NCBI RefSeq assembly: GCF_009931435.1 | Contig: NZ_CP043414.1 | Strand: one strand, 5' to 3' | DNA length: 64,000 nucleotides | From: Escherichia coli | GTDB lineage: Bacteria; Pseudomonadota; Gammaproteobacteria; Enterobacterales; Enterobacteriaceae | Program-made: the position numbers and the translations under genes | Shown here: piece after piece, positions 33,832 through 45,335 of the stretch | How the letters are laid out: every line of letters starts with the position of its first letter | Numbering within the stretch: the stretch's first letter is position 1 | The notes under the pieces: generated by a model | The model's input: the letters and a program-made list of their open reading frames with translations, nothing else | What the model was told of the DNA's origin: nothing | Database searches by the model: none

Positions 33832-36508
33832 CGAACCCTTACGTCCCGACCCCGATCGTCTGCTGGAACAAACTGCCGCGCCGCATCGGGGGAAGCTGAA
33901 AGTTTTTTTCGGTGCCTGTGCAGGCGTCGGGAAGACCTGGGCGATGCTGGCAGAAGCCCAACGACTGCGGGCGCAAGGGCTGGATATTGTGGTTGGCGTG
34001 GTTGAAACTCACGGACGGAAAGATACCGCCGCAATGCTGGAAGGGCTGGCTGTTCTGCCGCTAAAACGCCAGGCGTACCGTGGGCGGCATATCAGCGAGT
34101 TTGATCTCGATGCCGCCCTCGCCCGCCGTCCGGCGCTGATCTTAATGGACGAACTGGCGCACAGTAATGCGCCAGGTTCTCGTCATCCTAAACGCTGGCA
34201 GGACATCGAAGAGCTGCTGGAAGCGGGCATTGATGTTTTCACGACCGTCAACGTTCAGCATCTGGAAAGCCTGAACGATGTGGTCAGCGGCGTCACCGGA
34301 ATTCAGGTGCGGGAAACCGTGCCCGATCCCTTTTTTGATGCTGCCGACGACGTAGTGCTGGTGGACTTGCCCCCGGACGATCTGCGTCAACGGCTGAAAG
34401 AAGGCAAAGTCTATATTGCCGGGCAGGCGGAGCGCGCCATTGAACATTTTTTCCGCAAAGGCAATCTGATCGCCCTGCGCGAACTGGCACTGCGCCGTAC
34501 TGCCGATCGCGTAGATGAGCAAATGCGCGCCTGGCGGGGGCATCCTGGCGAAGAGAAAGTCTGGCACACGCGCGACGCGATTCTTTTATGTATTGGGCAT
34601 AACACCGGCAGCGAAAAACTGGTCCGCGCGGCGGCGCGGTTGGCGTCACGGCTGGGGAGCGTCTGGCACGCGGTGTATGTTGAAACCCCTGCCCTGCACC
34701 GCTTACCGGAGAAAAAACGTCGGGCAATTCTCAGCGCCTTACGTCTGGCGCAGGAGCTGGGCGCGGAGACAGCAACACTTTCTGATCCGGCGGAAGAAAA
34801 AGCCGTAGTGCGTTATGCCCGTGAACATAATCTCGGCAAGATTATTCTCGGTCACCCGGCCTCGCGCCGCTGGTGGCGTCGGGAAACGTTTGCTGACCGA
34901 CTGGCGCGCATCGCCCCCGATCTCGATCAGGTGCTGGTCGCGCTTGATGAACCACCCGCCCGCCCGCTTAATAACGCGCCGGATAGCCGCTCTTTTAAAG
35001 ACAAGTGGCGGGTACAGATTCAGGGGTGCGTGGTTGCCGCCGCATTATGTGCCGTTATCACCTTAATTGCCATGCAGTGGCTGATGGCGTTTGATGCCGC
35101 CAACCTGGTGATGCTGTATCTGCTTGGCGTGGTGGTGGTGGCGCTATTTTATGGACGCTGGCCTTCGGTGCTTGCTACCGTCATTAATGTGGTGAGTTTC
35201 GATCTCTTTTTTATCGCCCCACGCGGCACGCTCGCCGTCTCTGATGTGCAGTATCTGCTGACTTTCGCGGTGATGTTAACCGTCGGGCTGGTGATCGGGA
35301 ATCTTACTGCTGGCGTACGTTATCAGGCGCGGGTAGCCCGTTACCGCGAGCAACGCACACGACACTTATATGAAATGTCGAAAGCTCTGGCTGTGGGACG
35401 CAGTCCGCAGGACATCGCCGCCACCAGCGAACAATTTTTTGCTTCCACGTTTCATGCCCGCAGCCAGGTGTTGTTGCCCGATGACAACGGTAAATTGCAG
35501 CCGTTGACACATCCGCAAGGAATGACGCCGTGGGACGATGCCATCGCGCAGTGGAGTTTTGATAAAGGCCTGCCTGCGGGCGCGGGCACCGACACGTTAC
35601 CCGGTGTGCCATACCAGATTTTGCCGTTAAAAAGCGGCGAGAAAACCTACGGGCTGGTGGTGGTGGAACCGGGGAATCTGCGCCAGTTGATGATCCCGGA
35701 ACAGCAACGCCTGCTGGAGACGTTTACGTTGTTAGTCGCCAATGCCCTGGAACGCCTGACGCTGACCGCCAGCGAAGAACAGGCGCGGATGGCAAGCGAA
35801 CGAGAACAGATCCGCAACGCCCTGCTGGCGGCGCTTTCGCATGATTTACGCACGCCGCTTACGGTGCTGTTCGGTCAGGCAGAAATCTTAACGCTCGATC
35901 TGGCAAGCGAAGGATCGCCTCACGCCCGCCAGGCCAGCGAGATTCGTCAGCATGTGCTGAACACGACCCGACTGGTGAATAATCTACTGGATATGGCGCG
36001 AATTCAGTCCGGCGGCTTTAATTTGAAGAAAGAGTGGTTAACGCTGGAAGAAGTGGTCGGCAGCGCGCTGAAAATGCTGGAACCGGGTTTATCCTCGCCC
36101 ATCAATCTTTCTCTGCCAGAACCGCTGACCTTAATCCACGTTGACGGGCCACTCTTTGAACGGGTGCTGATTAATCTGCTGGAGAACGCGGTGAAATACG
36201 CGGGTGCGCAGGCCGAAATTGGTATCGATGCCCACGTTGAGGGCGAAAATCTACAACTGGATGTCTGGGATAACGGCCCCGGTCTTCCGCCAGGTCAGGA
36301 GCAGACGATATTCGATAAGTTTGCTCGTGGAAATAAAGAGTCGGCAGTGCCGGGTGTAGGGCTTGGGCTGGCAATTTGTCGGGCAATTGTGGATGTACAC
36401 GGCGGCACCATTACCGCGTTCAACCGACCGGAAGGTGGTGCCTGTTTTCGTGTTACACTTCCCCAGCAAACTGCCCCTGAACTTGAAGAATTTCATGAGG
36501 ATATGTGA
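33824..36508 (+). CDS. kdpD: sensor histidine kinase KdpD
   Basis: start taken at [41 protein letters not shown] (894 aa); H-box LSHDLRTPL. Confidence 0.95.
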   Translation: MNNEPLRPDPDRLLEQTAAPHRGKLKVFFGACAGVGKTWAMLAEAQRLRAQGLDIVVGVVETHGRKDTAAMLEGLAVLPLKRQAYRGRHISEFDLDAALARRPALILMDELAHSNAPGSRHPKRWQDIEELLEAGIDVFTTVNVQHLESLNDVVSGVTGIQVRETVPDPFFDAADDVVLVDLPPDDLRQRLKEGKVYIAGQAERAIEHFFRKGNLIALRELALRRTADRVDEQMRAWRGHPGEEKVWHTRDAILLCIGHNTGSEKLVRAAARLASRLGSVWHAVYVETPALHRLPEKKRRAILSALRLAQELGAETATLSDPAEEKAVVRYAREHNLGKIILGHPASRRWWRRETFADRLARIAPDLDQVLVALDEPPARPLNNAPDSRSFKDKWRVQIQGCVVAAALCAVITLIAMQWLMAFDAANLVMLYLLGVVVVALFYGRWPSVLATVINVVSFDLFFIAPRGTLAVSDVQYLLTFAVMLTVGLVIGNLTAGVRYQARVARYREQRTRHLYEMSKALAVGRSPQDIAATSEQFFASTFHARSQVLLPDDNGKLQPLTHPQGMTPWDDAIAQWSFDKGLPAGAGTDTLPGVPYQILPLKSGEKTYGLVVVEPGNLRQLMIPEQQRLLETFTLLVANALERLTLTASEEQARMASEREQIRNALLAALSHDLRTPLTVLFGQAEILTLDLASEGSPHARQASEIRQHVLNTTRLVNNLLDMARIQSGGFNLKKEWLTLEEVVGSALKMLEPGLSSPINLSLPEPLTLIHVDGPLFERVLINLLENAVKYAGAQAEIGIDAHVEGENLQLDVWDNGPGLPPGQEQTIFDKFARGNKESAVPGVGLGLAICRAIVDVHGGTITAFNRPEGGACFRVTLPQQTAPELEEFHEDM

Positions 36509-37182
36509 CAAACGTTCTGATTGTTGAAGATGAACAGGCTATTCGTCGCTTTCTGCGCACGGCGCTGGAGGGTGACGGTATGCGCGTTTTTGAAGCCGAA
36601 ACGCTGCAACGGGGGCTGCTGGAAGCGGCGACTCGTAAGCCAGATTTGATTATTCTCGATCTCGGCCTGCCAGACGGTGATGGGATTGAGTTTATCCGCG
36701 ACCTGCGCCAGTGGAGCGCGGTGCCAGTAATTGTGCTTTCCGCCCGCAGCGAAGAGAGCGACAAAATCGCCGCGCTGGATGCCGGAGCGGATGATTACCT
36801 GAGTAAGCCATTTGGCATTGGTGAATTGCAGGCCCGTCTGCGCGTCGCATTACGCCGCCACTCCGCCACCACCGCGCCCGAGCCGCTGGTGAAATTTTCC
36901 GATGTTACCGTCGATTTAGCTGCCCGCGTGATTCACCGCAGTGAGGAAGAGGTGCATCTCACCCCGATTGAATTCCGCCTGCTGGCGGTGCTACTCAACA
37001 ATGCCGGAAAAGTGCTCACCCAGCGCCAGCTTCTCAACCAGGTGTGGGGACCAAACGCGGTCGAACACAGCCACTATTTGCGTATTTATATGGGGCATCT
37101 GCGACAAAAACTGGAGCAAGATCCCGCCCGCCCTCGCCATTTTATTACTGAAACCGGTATTGGGTATCGGTTTATGCCATGA
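36505..37182 (+). CDS. kdpE: response regulator KdpE (OmpR family)
   Basis: 225-aa [36 protein letters not shown]. Confidence 0.95.
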   Translation: MTNVLIVEDEQAIRRFLRTALEGDGMRVFEAETLQRGLLEAATRKPDLIILDLGLPDGDGIEFIRDLRQWSAVPVIVLSARSEESDKIAALDAGADDYLSKPFGIGELQARLRVALRRHSATTAPEPLVKFSDVTVDLAARVIHRSEEEVHLTPIEFRLLAVLLNNAGKVLTQRQLLNQVWGPNAVEHSHYLRIYMGHLRQKLEQDPARPRHFITETGIGYRFMP

Positions 37183-37456
37183 ATTATTATTCAATAAATA
37201 CGCTTAACTAATTATTAATTTATTATTAAACCTGCCCCGAAAATTATTATTTGGCAGGTTTAATTTCTTAATGAAAATATAACCTACGAAATTGCAACAT
37301 TTAAACAACAAAACAGCATCTAATATGGCGCTATTCATAATTAACGATTTATTATTTGGGGTGTGATCGTTTTTTGTTGATCTTCTTCACAGTTTATAGC
37401 CTTTTCATGGATAGAATAACTCTACCTTCAACTGACACAGCAAAAGGTAAAGGTAA

Positions 37457-37561
37457 ATGGAAAATAATAACCGCTTAATGCCTCATATAAGGCGGACAAC
37501 CCATATCATGAAGTTTGCCCATCGTAATAGTTTTGACTTTCATTTCTTTAATGCCCGTTAG
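37457..37561 (+). CDS. speFL: ornithine-sensing leader peptide of the speF operon (34 aa)
   Basis: hand-translated MENNNRLMPHIRRTTHIMKFAHRNSFDFHFFNAR stop; too short for the ORF track. Confidence 0.8.
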   Translation: MENNNRLMPHIRRTTHIMKFAHRNSFDFHFFNAR

Positions 37562-37871
37562 TCTTCTGACTAAAGGGCACCCCAGCGTACAGGTCTCCCT
37601 GACTTTAAGCATTACAGGTTAATACCTGTATCCCTCGGTGCTCATATACTGCTAACCCTTTTAAACTCTAAATAATTCAAGTCGCAGCACTAGCAACTTG
37701 AAGTATGACGAGTATAGCCAGTTACCGGGCTGGTCTGGGTTATTGCATCTGCAAAAAGCAAACTACTGATTTATTTATCAGCGGTGGAGTTTTGCTTTTT
37801 TTCCGGCGTGATCGATTTCTCCTTTGAGAAATTGAGGACCTGCTATTACCTGAAATAAAGAGATGAACAAA

Positions 37872-40070
37872 ATGTCAGAATTAAAAATTGCCGTTAGTCG
37901 TTCTTGCCCGGATTGTTTTTCCACTCATCGTGCATGCGTGAATATTGACGAAAGTAATTATATTGACGTTGCCGCCATTATTTTATCAGTCAATGATGTT
38001 GAACGTGGAAAACTCGATGAAATAGACGCTACTGGCTATGGCATTCCTGTTTTTATTGCAACGGAAAATGAAGAACGTGTACCAGCAGAATATCTGCCAC
38101 GTATTACTGGTGTCTTCGAGCATTGCGAATCACGGAAAGAATTTTACGGACGTCAGTTAGAAACCGCCGCCAGCCATTATGAAACGCAGCTGCGCCCGCC
38201 CTTCTTCCGCGCACTGGTCGATTATGTCAATCAGGGCAATAGCGCTTTTGACTGCCCGGGTCATCAGGGGGGTGAGTTTTTCCGTCGCCATCCGGCAGGC
38301 AATCAGTTCGTGGAATATTTTGGCGAAATGCTCTTCCGCTCCGACTTGTGTAATGCCGACGTAGCAATGGGCGATCTACTGATTCATGAAGGTGCGCCAT
38401 GCATTGCACAGCAACATGCGGCTAAAGTGTTTAATGCCGATAAAACGTACTTTGTTTTAAACGGCACCTCCTCTTCCAACAAAGTGGTTTTAAACGCCCT
38501 GCTAACACCGGGTGATCTGGTGCTGTTTGACCGCAATAACCATAAGTCTAACCACCACGGGGCCTTGCTACAGGCTGGTGCAACACCGGTTTATCTGGAA
38601 ACAGCACGTAACCCGTATGGTTTTATCGGTGGTATTGATGCGCACTGCTTCGAAGAAAGTTATCTGCGTGAACTGATTAGAGAAGTTGCACCGCAACGGG
38701 CAAAAGAGGCGCGTCCGTTCCGCCTCGCTGTGATTCAGTTAGGCACCTACGACGGTACTATTTATAACGCCCGCCAGGTGGTGGATAAAATCGGTCATCT
38801 GTGTGACTACATCCTGTTTGACTCAGCATGGGTCGGCTATGAACAGTTTATTCCGATGATGGCGGACTGTTCGCCGCTGCTACTGGAGCTTAATGAGAAC
38901 GATCCGGGTATTCTGGTTACGCAATCTGTACATAAGCAGCAGGCTGGTTTTTCTCAGACTTCACAAATTCATAAAAAAGACAGCCATATCAAAGGGCAAC
39001 AGCGTTATGTACCGCACAAACGCATGAACAACGCCTTTATGATGCACGCCTCCACCAGCCCGTTCTATCCGCTGTTTGCCGCACTGGATATTAACGCCAA
39101 AATGCATGAAGGTGTCAGCGGTCGTAATATGTGGATGGATTGTGTGGTTAACGGTATTAATGCCCGCAAATTGATCCTCGATAACTGCCAGCACATTCGT
39201 CCGTTCGTTCCTGAACTGGTGGATGGTAAACCCTGGCAATCGTATGAAACAGCGCAAATTGCGGTTGATCTGCGCTTCTTTAAATTTGTACCCGGTGAGC
39301 ACTGGCATTCTTTTGAAGGTTACGCAGAGAATCAATACTTTGTCGATCCGTGCAAACTGTTGCTGACAACCCCAGGTATTGATGCACGTAACGGCGAATA
39401 CGAAGCGTTCGGTGTACCCGCGACGATTCTTGCTAACTTCCTGCGCGAAAATGGCGTAGTGCCGGAAAAATGCGATCTTAACTCCATCCTCTTCCTGCTG
39501 ACTCCGGCAGAAGATATGGCCAAACTGCAGCAACTTGTTGCCCTGCTGGTACGCTTCGAAAAACTACTGGAAGCTGATGCGCCTCTGGCGGAAGTATTGC
39601 CTTCCATCTACAAACAGCATGAAGAGCGCTACGCCGGTTATACCCTGCGTCAGTTGTGCCAGGAAATGCATGATTTGTATGCCCGTCACAACGTGAAACA
39701 ACTGCAAAAAGAGATGTTCCGTAAGGAACACTTCCCACGCGTCAGCATGAATCCACAGGAAGCCAACTATGCCTACTTACGCGGTGAAGTGGAATTGGTT
39801 CGTCTGCCGGATGCAGAAGGCCGTATCGCAGCCGAAGGTGCGCTTCCTTATCCTCCGGGTGTGCTGTGTGTTGTTCCGGGTGAAATCTGGGGTGGTGCTG
39901 TTCTGCGTTACTTCAGCGCTCTGGAAGAAGGGATCAACCTGCTGCCAGGTTTTGCACCGGAGCTGCAGGGTGTCTATATCGAAGAACATGATGGTCGTAA
40001 GCAAGTTTGGTGCTATGTCATCAAGCCTCGTGATGCGCAAAGCACCCTGTTGAAAGGGGAAAAATTATGA
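37872..40070 (+). CDS. speF: inducible ornithine decarboxylase
   Basis: start taken at MSELKIAVSRSCPDCFSTHRACVNIDES (732 aa) within ORF 37863..40070. Confidence 0.95.
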   Translation: MSELKIAVSRSCPDCFSTHRACVNIDESNYIDVAAIILSVNDVERGKLDEIDATGYGIPVFIATENEERVPAEYLPRITGVFEHCESRKEFYGRQLETAASHYETQLRPPFFRALVDYVNQGNSAFDCPGHQGGEFFRRHPAGNQFVEYFGEMLFRSDLCNADVAMGDLLIHEGAPCIAQQHAAKVFNADKTYFVLNGTSSSNKVVLNALLTPGDLVLFDRNNHKSNHHGALLQAGATPVYLETARNPYGFIGGIDAHCFEESYLRELIREVAPQRAKEARPFRLAVIQLGTYDGTIYNARQVVDKIGHLCDYILFDSAWVGYEQFIPMMADCSPLLLELNENDPGILVTQSVHKQQAGFSQTSQIHKKDSHIKGQQRYVPHKRMNNAFMMHASTSPFYPLFAALDINAKMHEGVSGRNMWMDCVVNGINARKLILDNCQHIRPFVPELVDGKPWQSYETAQIAVDLRFFKFVPGEHWHSFEGYAENQYFVDPCKLLLTTPGIDARNGEYEAFGVPATILANFLRENGVVPEKCDLNSILFLLTPAEDMAKLQQLVALLVRFEKLLEADAPLAEVLPSIYKQHEERYAGYTLRQLCQEMHDLYARHNVKQLQKEMFRKEHFPRVSMNPQEANYAYLRGEVELVRLPDAEGRIAAEGALPYPPGVLCVVPGEIWGGAVLRYFSALEEGINLLPGFAPELQGVYIEEHDGRKQVWCYVIKPRDAQSTLLKGEKL

Positions 40071-41386
40071 GTCAGGCTAAATCGAACAAAATGGGCGTCG
40101 TTCAGTTAACCATACTGACGATGGTCAACATGATGGGCTCCGGCATCATCATGCTGCCGACAAAGCTTGCCGAAGTTGGGACAATCTCAATAATCTCCTG
40201 GTTGGTGACAGCCGTAGGCTCAATGGCGCTGGCATGGGCATTCGCAAAATGCGGTATGTTCAGCCGTAAATCAGGCGGTATGGGCGGTTATGCCGAGTAT
40301 GCTTTCGGTAAATCCGGTAACTTTATGGCGAACTATACCTACGGCGTCTCGCTGCTGATTGCTAACGTGGCGATTGCTATTTCGGCAGTTGGTTACGGCA
40401 CCGAACTGCTCGGCGCGAGTTTGTCACCAGTGCAGATTGGTCTGGCAACCATCGGAGTGCTGTGGATTTGTACCGTGGCTAACTTTGGTGGTGCGCGCAT
40501 TACCGGGCAAATCAGTAGCATTACCGTGTGGGGGGTCATTATTCCGGTGGTAGGCCTGTGCGTTATCGGCTGGTTCTGGTTTAGCCCGACACTTTACGTT
40601 GATTCCTGGAATCCGCATCATGCACCGTTCTTCAGTGCGGTAGGTTCTTCCATCGCCATGACGCTGTGGGCTTTTCTTGGTCTGGAGTCTGCGTGTGCGA
40701 ATACTGATGTAGTGGAAAACCCGGAACGTAATGTGCCAATCGCGGTACTCGGCGGTACGTTAGGTGCGGCGGTGATTTATATCGTCTCCACCAACGTGAT
40801 TGCCGGGATTGTGCCCAATATGGAGCTGGCAAATTCAACGGCACCATTTGGTCTGGCCTTCGCGCAAATGTTCACACCGGAAGTGGGTAAAGTCATTATG
40901 GCGCTGATGGTGATGTCCTGCTGCGGTTCACTGCTTGGCTGGCAGTTCACCATTGCCCAGGTGTTTAAATCTTCATCTGATGAAGGCTACTTCCCTAAAA
41001 TTTTCTCCCGTGTAACCAAAGTGGATGCACCGGTTCAGGGGATGTTGACCATTGTGATTATTCAGAGTGGATTGGCACTGATGACCATTAGCCCGTCACT
41101 GAACAGCCAGTTCAACGTGCTGGTTAACCTGGCCGTGGTGACCAATATCATTCCGTATATCCTGTCGATGGCGGCATTAGTCATTATTCAGAAGGTCGCC
41201 AATGTGCCACCATCAAAAGCGAAAGTAGCAAACTTTGTTGCCTTTGTTGGTGCGATGTACAGTTTCTATGCGCTGTACTCATCCGGGGAAGAAGCCATGC
41301 TGTACGGTTCCATCGTGACTTTCCTTGGTTGGACACTGTATGGTCTGGTATCACCACGCTTTGAACTGAAAAACAAACACGGTTAA
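40067..41386 (+). CDS. potE: putrescine:ornithine antiporter
   Basis: 439-aa ORF MSQAKSNKMGVVQLTILTMVNMMGSGIIMLPTKLAE, start overlaps speF stop. Confidence 0.95.
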   Translation: MSQAKSNKMGVVQLTILTMVNMMGSGIIMLPTKLAEVGTISIISWLVTAVGSMALAWAFAKCGMFSRKSGGMGGYAEYAFGKSGNFMANYTYGVSLLIANVAIAISAVGYGTELLGASLSPVQIGLATIGVLWICTVANFGGARITGQISSITVWGVIIPVVGLCVIGWFWFSPTLYVDSWNPHHAPFFSAVGSSIAMTLWAFLGLESACANTDVVENPERNVPIAVLGGTLGAAVIYIVSTNVIAGIVPNMELANSTAPFGLAFAQMFTPEVGKVIMALMVMSCCGSLLGWQFTIAQVFKSSSDEGYFPKIFSRVTKVDAPVQGMLTIVIIQSGLALMTISPSLNSQFNVLVNLAVVTNIIPYILSMAALVIIQKVANVPPSKAKVANFVAFVGAMYSFYALYSSGEEAMLYGSIVTFLGWTLYGLVSPRFELKNKHG

Positions 41387-41402
41387 AAAAAGCGAAATAA
41401 AA

Positions 41403-41437
41403 AAGGGCGATTGAATGATCGCCCTTTCTGTTTGTTG
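41403..41437 (+). terminator. intrinsic terminator after potE
   Basis: hairpin aaagggcgat-tgaatg-atcgcccttt followed by ctgtttgtt. Confidence 0.7.
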
Positions 41438-41468
41438 ACAAAGAGTTCGTTATTTATGCCGCATCCGG

Positions 41469-41611
41469 CAGGTGTAGGGTCCAAACGCGGTCGAACACAG
41501 CAACTATTTGCGTAATTATATGAGGCATTTGCGACAAAAACTGGAACAGGATCTCGTCCGCCCCGCCATTTCATTACTGAAACCGGTATTGGGTATCGGT
41601 TTATGCTTTGA
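41469..41611 (+). repeat. degenerate partial duplicate of the kdpE 3' end (direct repeat of 37039..37182)
   Basis: ~143 bp aligning by eye at roughly 90% identity with the last ~144 bp of kdpE, including ccaaacgcggtcgaacacag and aaaccggtattgggtatcggtttatgc; frame broken by an inserted a (tag). Confidence 0.75.
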
Positions 41612-41734
41612 AAAAAGTGGCAATGTATGGATAAAGTCATTTTTTATTCAAATATAAGGAACTTAATATTTAAAAAATGTCCCATACAATGCCTCATCAT
41701 AAATGACACCGTAGCACACAAGGAGCAAGTAGCG

Positions 41735-42385
41735 ATGCGTGAAGTGAGTCAGTTAGTAAATACTGAAGATTCAGCCTGGACAATAATCCAGAATTGGTTA
41801 AAAGAAGCCACAAACCATGCCGAACTCTTACCGGTTAATAAAGATTTAGCCGAAACCGCACTTTATCAATTACAGGTTACAACAAAATCACCGATGGGTG
41901 CGCTTGTCTATGGCTCCGGAGGTCTGCTGATTGATAACGGTTGGTTACGCATAGCAGGCTCTGGTCACCCCCGGTTACCACGAGATCCAGCAAGTTGGAC
42001 ACAACGCCCTGAATTCGCAAGCGTGCGGGCTTTACCCATCGCCGATGATGTCGCAGGGGGAATTTTTGCTCTTAATGGTGGCGATCTTGGGGAAGATACT
42101 GGCTGCGTTTATTATTTTGCGCCAGATACGCTGAGTTGGGAAAGTCTGGAGGTTGGATATTCTGAGTTTCTTCAGTGGGCATTATCCGGTGATTTAGATA
42201 CCTTCTATGAAAATGTACGCTGGCCGCAATGGCAAGAAGACGTAATAAAATTATCGGCAACGGAAGCCTTCACTTTCTACCCTTTCTTATGGGTACAAAG
42301 TGAAGAAGCAAGAACAAGAAAAGTTATTTCGCTTACTGAACTCTGGGAAATGCAGTATCAAATGAAAGAAACAATCACGCAATAA
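41735..42385 (+). CDS. ybfG: YbfG-like hypothetical protein, intact here
   Basis: start taken at MREVSQLVNTEDSAWTIIQNWLKEA with aaggag Shine-Dalgarno; 216 aa within ORF 41627..42385; positional match to K-12 ybfG. Confidence 0.7.
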   Translation: MREVSQLVNTEDSAWTIIQNWLKEATNHAELLPVNKDLAETALYQLQVTTKSPMGALVYGSGGLLIDNGWLRIAGSGHPRLPRDPASWTQRPEFASVRALPIADDVAGGIFALNGGDLGEDTGCVYYFAPDTLSWESLEVGYSEFLQWALSGDLDTFYENVRWPQWQEDVIKLSATEAFTFYPFLWVQSEEARTRKVISLTELWEMQYQMKETITQ

Positions 42386-42425
42386 GACATGTTCAGGTCC
42401 GGGTTTCATTCCCGGACTCGCTATT

Positions 42426-42920
42426 TTAATGTGTGTTTATCGCTTTCAATTCTTGCTGGCAATTTTCTGACTGACAGCGTCGCAACTCAATAATCCCGAC
42501 ATGCATCATCGAGCCAAAAAATCCGCTTTCGCTGACATAATCCTCATTAACTATCGGTCGAGTGCCGGGCTTACCCTGGCAAATCCCCATAAAAAATGAG
42601 GTGTAGCATTGCCATTCAGGATTTAAACCGGTCTTTTCTTGTGCTGACATATCATGAAGATAAGTAAGTTCTTTTTCGTTCCCGCCTGACAACTGCCAGC
42701 GGCGGGTATTATCAGGTAAGTTATCGCCACGGCAATTTGTCTTACACCGGGAAGGCGCAATATTTACCGCAATGCTACCCGTTAATCCTCTGGTTTTATC
42801 TTTAGGGGTCAGTAACCAGTCACCAGCTAATGATGATTGTTCAGGTTGGGCGCATGCTGTCAGCAGTAGTGTGGCGGTAATTAATGCCACTCTGACGACC
42901 AGACTCCTTTTGGTCTTCAT
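42426..42920 (-). CDS. ybfP: lipoprotein
   Basis: start taken at MKTKRSLVVRVALITATLLLTAC (lipobox LLTAC), 164 aa. Confidence 0.8.
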   Translation of the reverse strand: MKTKRSLVVRVALITATLLLTACAQPEQSSLAGDWLLTPKDKTRGLTGSIAVNIAPSRCKTNCRGDNLPDNTRRWQLSGGNEKELTYLHDMSAQEKTGLNPEWQCYTSFFMGICQGKPGTRPIVNEDYVSESGFFGSMMHVGIIELRRCQSENCQQELKAINTH

Positions 42921-42970
42921 TCGGAATTCCCTTGAGCTATTCAGTTTGTTGGCAAAGTACTCGTTGTTCA

Positions 42971-43070
42971 TGCCGGATGCGGCGTGAACGCCTTATCCGT
43001 CCTACAAAATAGTGCAAATTCAATATATTGCACCATCCTCGTAGGCCTGATGAACGTAGCGTATCAGGCT
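42971..43070. repeat. REP elements between pgm and ybfP
   Basis: tgccggatgcggcgtgaacgccttatccgtcctac and gtaggcctgatgaacgtagcgtatcaggc. Confidence 0.5.
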
Positions 43071-43123
43071 ATCATAAGTAAAAAGGGCGATCTTCCGACC
43101 GCCCTTTTTCTTATTTAATGTGT

Positions 43124-44764
43124 TTACGCGTTTTTCAGAACTTCGCTAACAATCTCAACCGCTTCTTTCTCGATCTGCTTGCGATGTTCTTCACCGAGGA
43201 AGCTTTCGCAGTAGATTTTGTATGCGTCTTCCGTGCCTGACGGACGCGCGGCGAACCAGCCGTTGTCAGTCATCACTTTCAGACCGCCAATAGAAGCACC
43301 GTTGCCCGGTGCCGCCGTCAGGCGCGCGGTGATCGGGTCACCAGCCAGGGTGCTGGCGCTCACCATTTCCGGAGACAGCTTAGACAGCGCCGCTTTTTGT
43401 GCGGAAGTCGCAGCTGCCTGCAAACGGTTATAGCTCGGCGCACCAAAGCGTTTTGCCAGTTCGTTGTAGTGTTCCTGCGGGTTCTTACCAGTGACAGCGG
43501 TGATTTCCGCCGCCAGCAGACACATGATAATGCCGTCTTTATCAGTCGACCACGGCGTACCGTCGAAACGCAGGAAGGAAGCCCCCGCGCTCTCTTCGCC
43601 GCCAAAGCCAAAGCTGCCGTCGAACAGACCATCCACAAACCATTTGAAGCCTACCGGGACTTCTACCAGCTTACGGCCTAAGTCATTGACCACACGGTCG
43701 ATCATCGCAGATGAAACCAGCGTTTTACCGACAGCAACATCTTTGCCCCACTGCGGACGATGCTGGAACAGGTAGTTGATCGCCACCGCCAGGTAGTGGT
43801 TAGGATTCATCAAACCTGCCGGAGTGACGATACCGTGACGGTCATAATCCGGGTCGTTAGCAAATGCCAGATCGAACTTATCACGCAGTGCCAGCAGGCC
43901 CGCCATCGCACACTCGGAGGAGCAGTCCATACGGATCGCGCCGTCTTTATCGAGGTGCATAAAGCGGAAGGTTTGATCGACCTGATCGTTAACGATGGTC
44001 AGGTTAAGGTTGTAATACTCGCCAATACGCTTCCAGTATTCGATACCGGAACCGCCCAGCGGATCAACGCCCAGCGTCAGGCCCGCTTTCTGAATCGCCG
44101 CCATATCAACGATATCGGCCAGACCTTCCACAAACGGCTGCACCAGATCCTGCTCTTTCACATGACCGGATGCCATCGCTTCGTCGAGGGAGATACGCTT
44201 CACACCTTTCAGGCCATCGGCCATCAGTGCGTTGGCCCTGTCCTCCACCACTTTGGTGACGTTAGTATCAGCCGGGCCACCATTTGGCGGATTGTACTTG
44301 ATACCACCATCTTCCGGCGGGTTATGGGACGGTGTAATCACGATACCGTCTGCCAGCGGGCCACCTTTTTTATTGTGAACCAGGATGGCATTGGAAACGG
44401 CAGGCGTCGGAGTGAAGCCATTGTTTTCCTGCACAATAACATCTACGCCGTTCGCTGCCAGCACTTCCAGTACGGAAATGAACGCAGGCTCGGACAGGGC
44501 GTGAGTATCTTTACCCACATAGCAAGGGCCAGTGATGCCGTTTTTCGCACGTTCTTCAGCAATTGCCTGAGCGATCGCCAGAATATGCGGCTCGTTAAAG
44601 CTGTGGCGCGCTGCACTGCCACGGTGACCGGAAGTACCGAATTTCACCGCGTGCTCCGCATTCCCTGCTTCAGGTTTCAGTACATAATATTGCGCCGTCA
44701 GTTGGGCGACGTTAATCAAATCACTCTGTTGTGCAGGTTGGCCTGCACGATTGTGGATTGCCAT
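43124..44764 (-). CDS. pgm: phosphoglucomutase
   Basis: start taken at [33 protein letters not shown] (546 aa); active-site TPSHNP motif. Confidence 0.95.
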   Translation of the reverse strand: MAIHNRAGQPAQQSDLINVAQLTAQYYVLKPEAGNAEHAVKFGTSGHRGSAARHSFNEPHILAIAQAIAEERAKNGITGPCYVGKDTHALSEPAFISVLEVLAANGVDVIVQENNGFTPTPAVSNAILVHNKKGGPLADGIVITPSHNPPEDGGIKYNPPNGGPADTNVTKVVEDRANALMADGLKGVKRISLDEAMASGHVKEQDLVQPFVEGLADIVDMAAIQKAGLTLGVDPLGGSGIEYWKRIGEYYNLNLTIVNDQVDQTFRFMHLDKDGAIRMDCSSECAMAGLLALRDKFDLAFANDPDYDRHGIVTPAGLMNPNHYLAVAINYLFQHRPQWGKDVAVGKTLVSSAMIDRVVNDLGRKLVEVPVGFKWFVDGLFDGSFGFGGEESAGASFLRFDGTPWSTDKDGIIMCLLAAEITAVTGKNPQEHYNELAKRFGAPSYNRLQAAATSAQKAALSKLSPEMVSASTLAGDPITARLTAAPGNGASIGGLKVMTDNGWFAARPSGTEDAYKIYCESFLGEEHRKQIEKEAVEIVSEVLKNA

Positions 44765-44789
44765 TGCTTTGTCCTTTGTCTGCAACGTT

Positions 44790-45335
44790 TTAGATAGTTC
44801 CGCAAACCTTCTCAATCAATTCCGCCGGGAATTGCATCGACTGCATGATGTGTTCGATCATGCTGCATTTACGGCCGGTGTTGGTGTTGGTGATCACCCA
44901 ATATGGCGTGCCTGGCACATGTTTCGGCTTGGTCTGATTACCATTTTTCAGCAGCGTTTGTTCATCTGCCGCAAAGTAAACGCGTGTACGACCGTGCAAC
45001 GATTCCGTGGCCTCGGCAAACGCCTGGGCGTCAAGAGAATATAGTGTAGACAACAGCAGCATGAAGCGATTGACCGCTCGCTTTTGCTCTGCGTATTCGT
45101 CTGAAAGCAAAAGTTCACGCATTGCGCGAACCTTGTCTTTAATCGTTTTGACCGGCTTCGCTTCGACGATAGCAGGTGACGCAACGCGAACCTCTTTCGT
45201 CACCGGAGCAGCAGGCTGTGATGCGGCGGAAAATTTCAACATACGCCGTAAAATGTCGGATGCGCTCTCGCCGATATGCTTAGTGTGGCTGGCAATATAG
45301 CTGTAGAGTTCATCATCAACTTCAATCGTTTTCAT
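44790..45335 (-). CDS. seqA: negative modulator of replication initiation SeqA
   Basis: start taken at [33 protein letters not shown] (181 aa). Confidence 0.95.

Noticed and set aside
43760-44797. 345-aa plus-strand ORF
   Set aside because: Antisense to pgm; no independent support.
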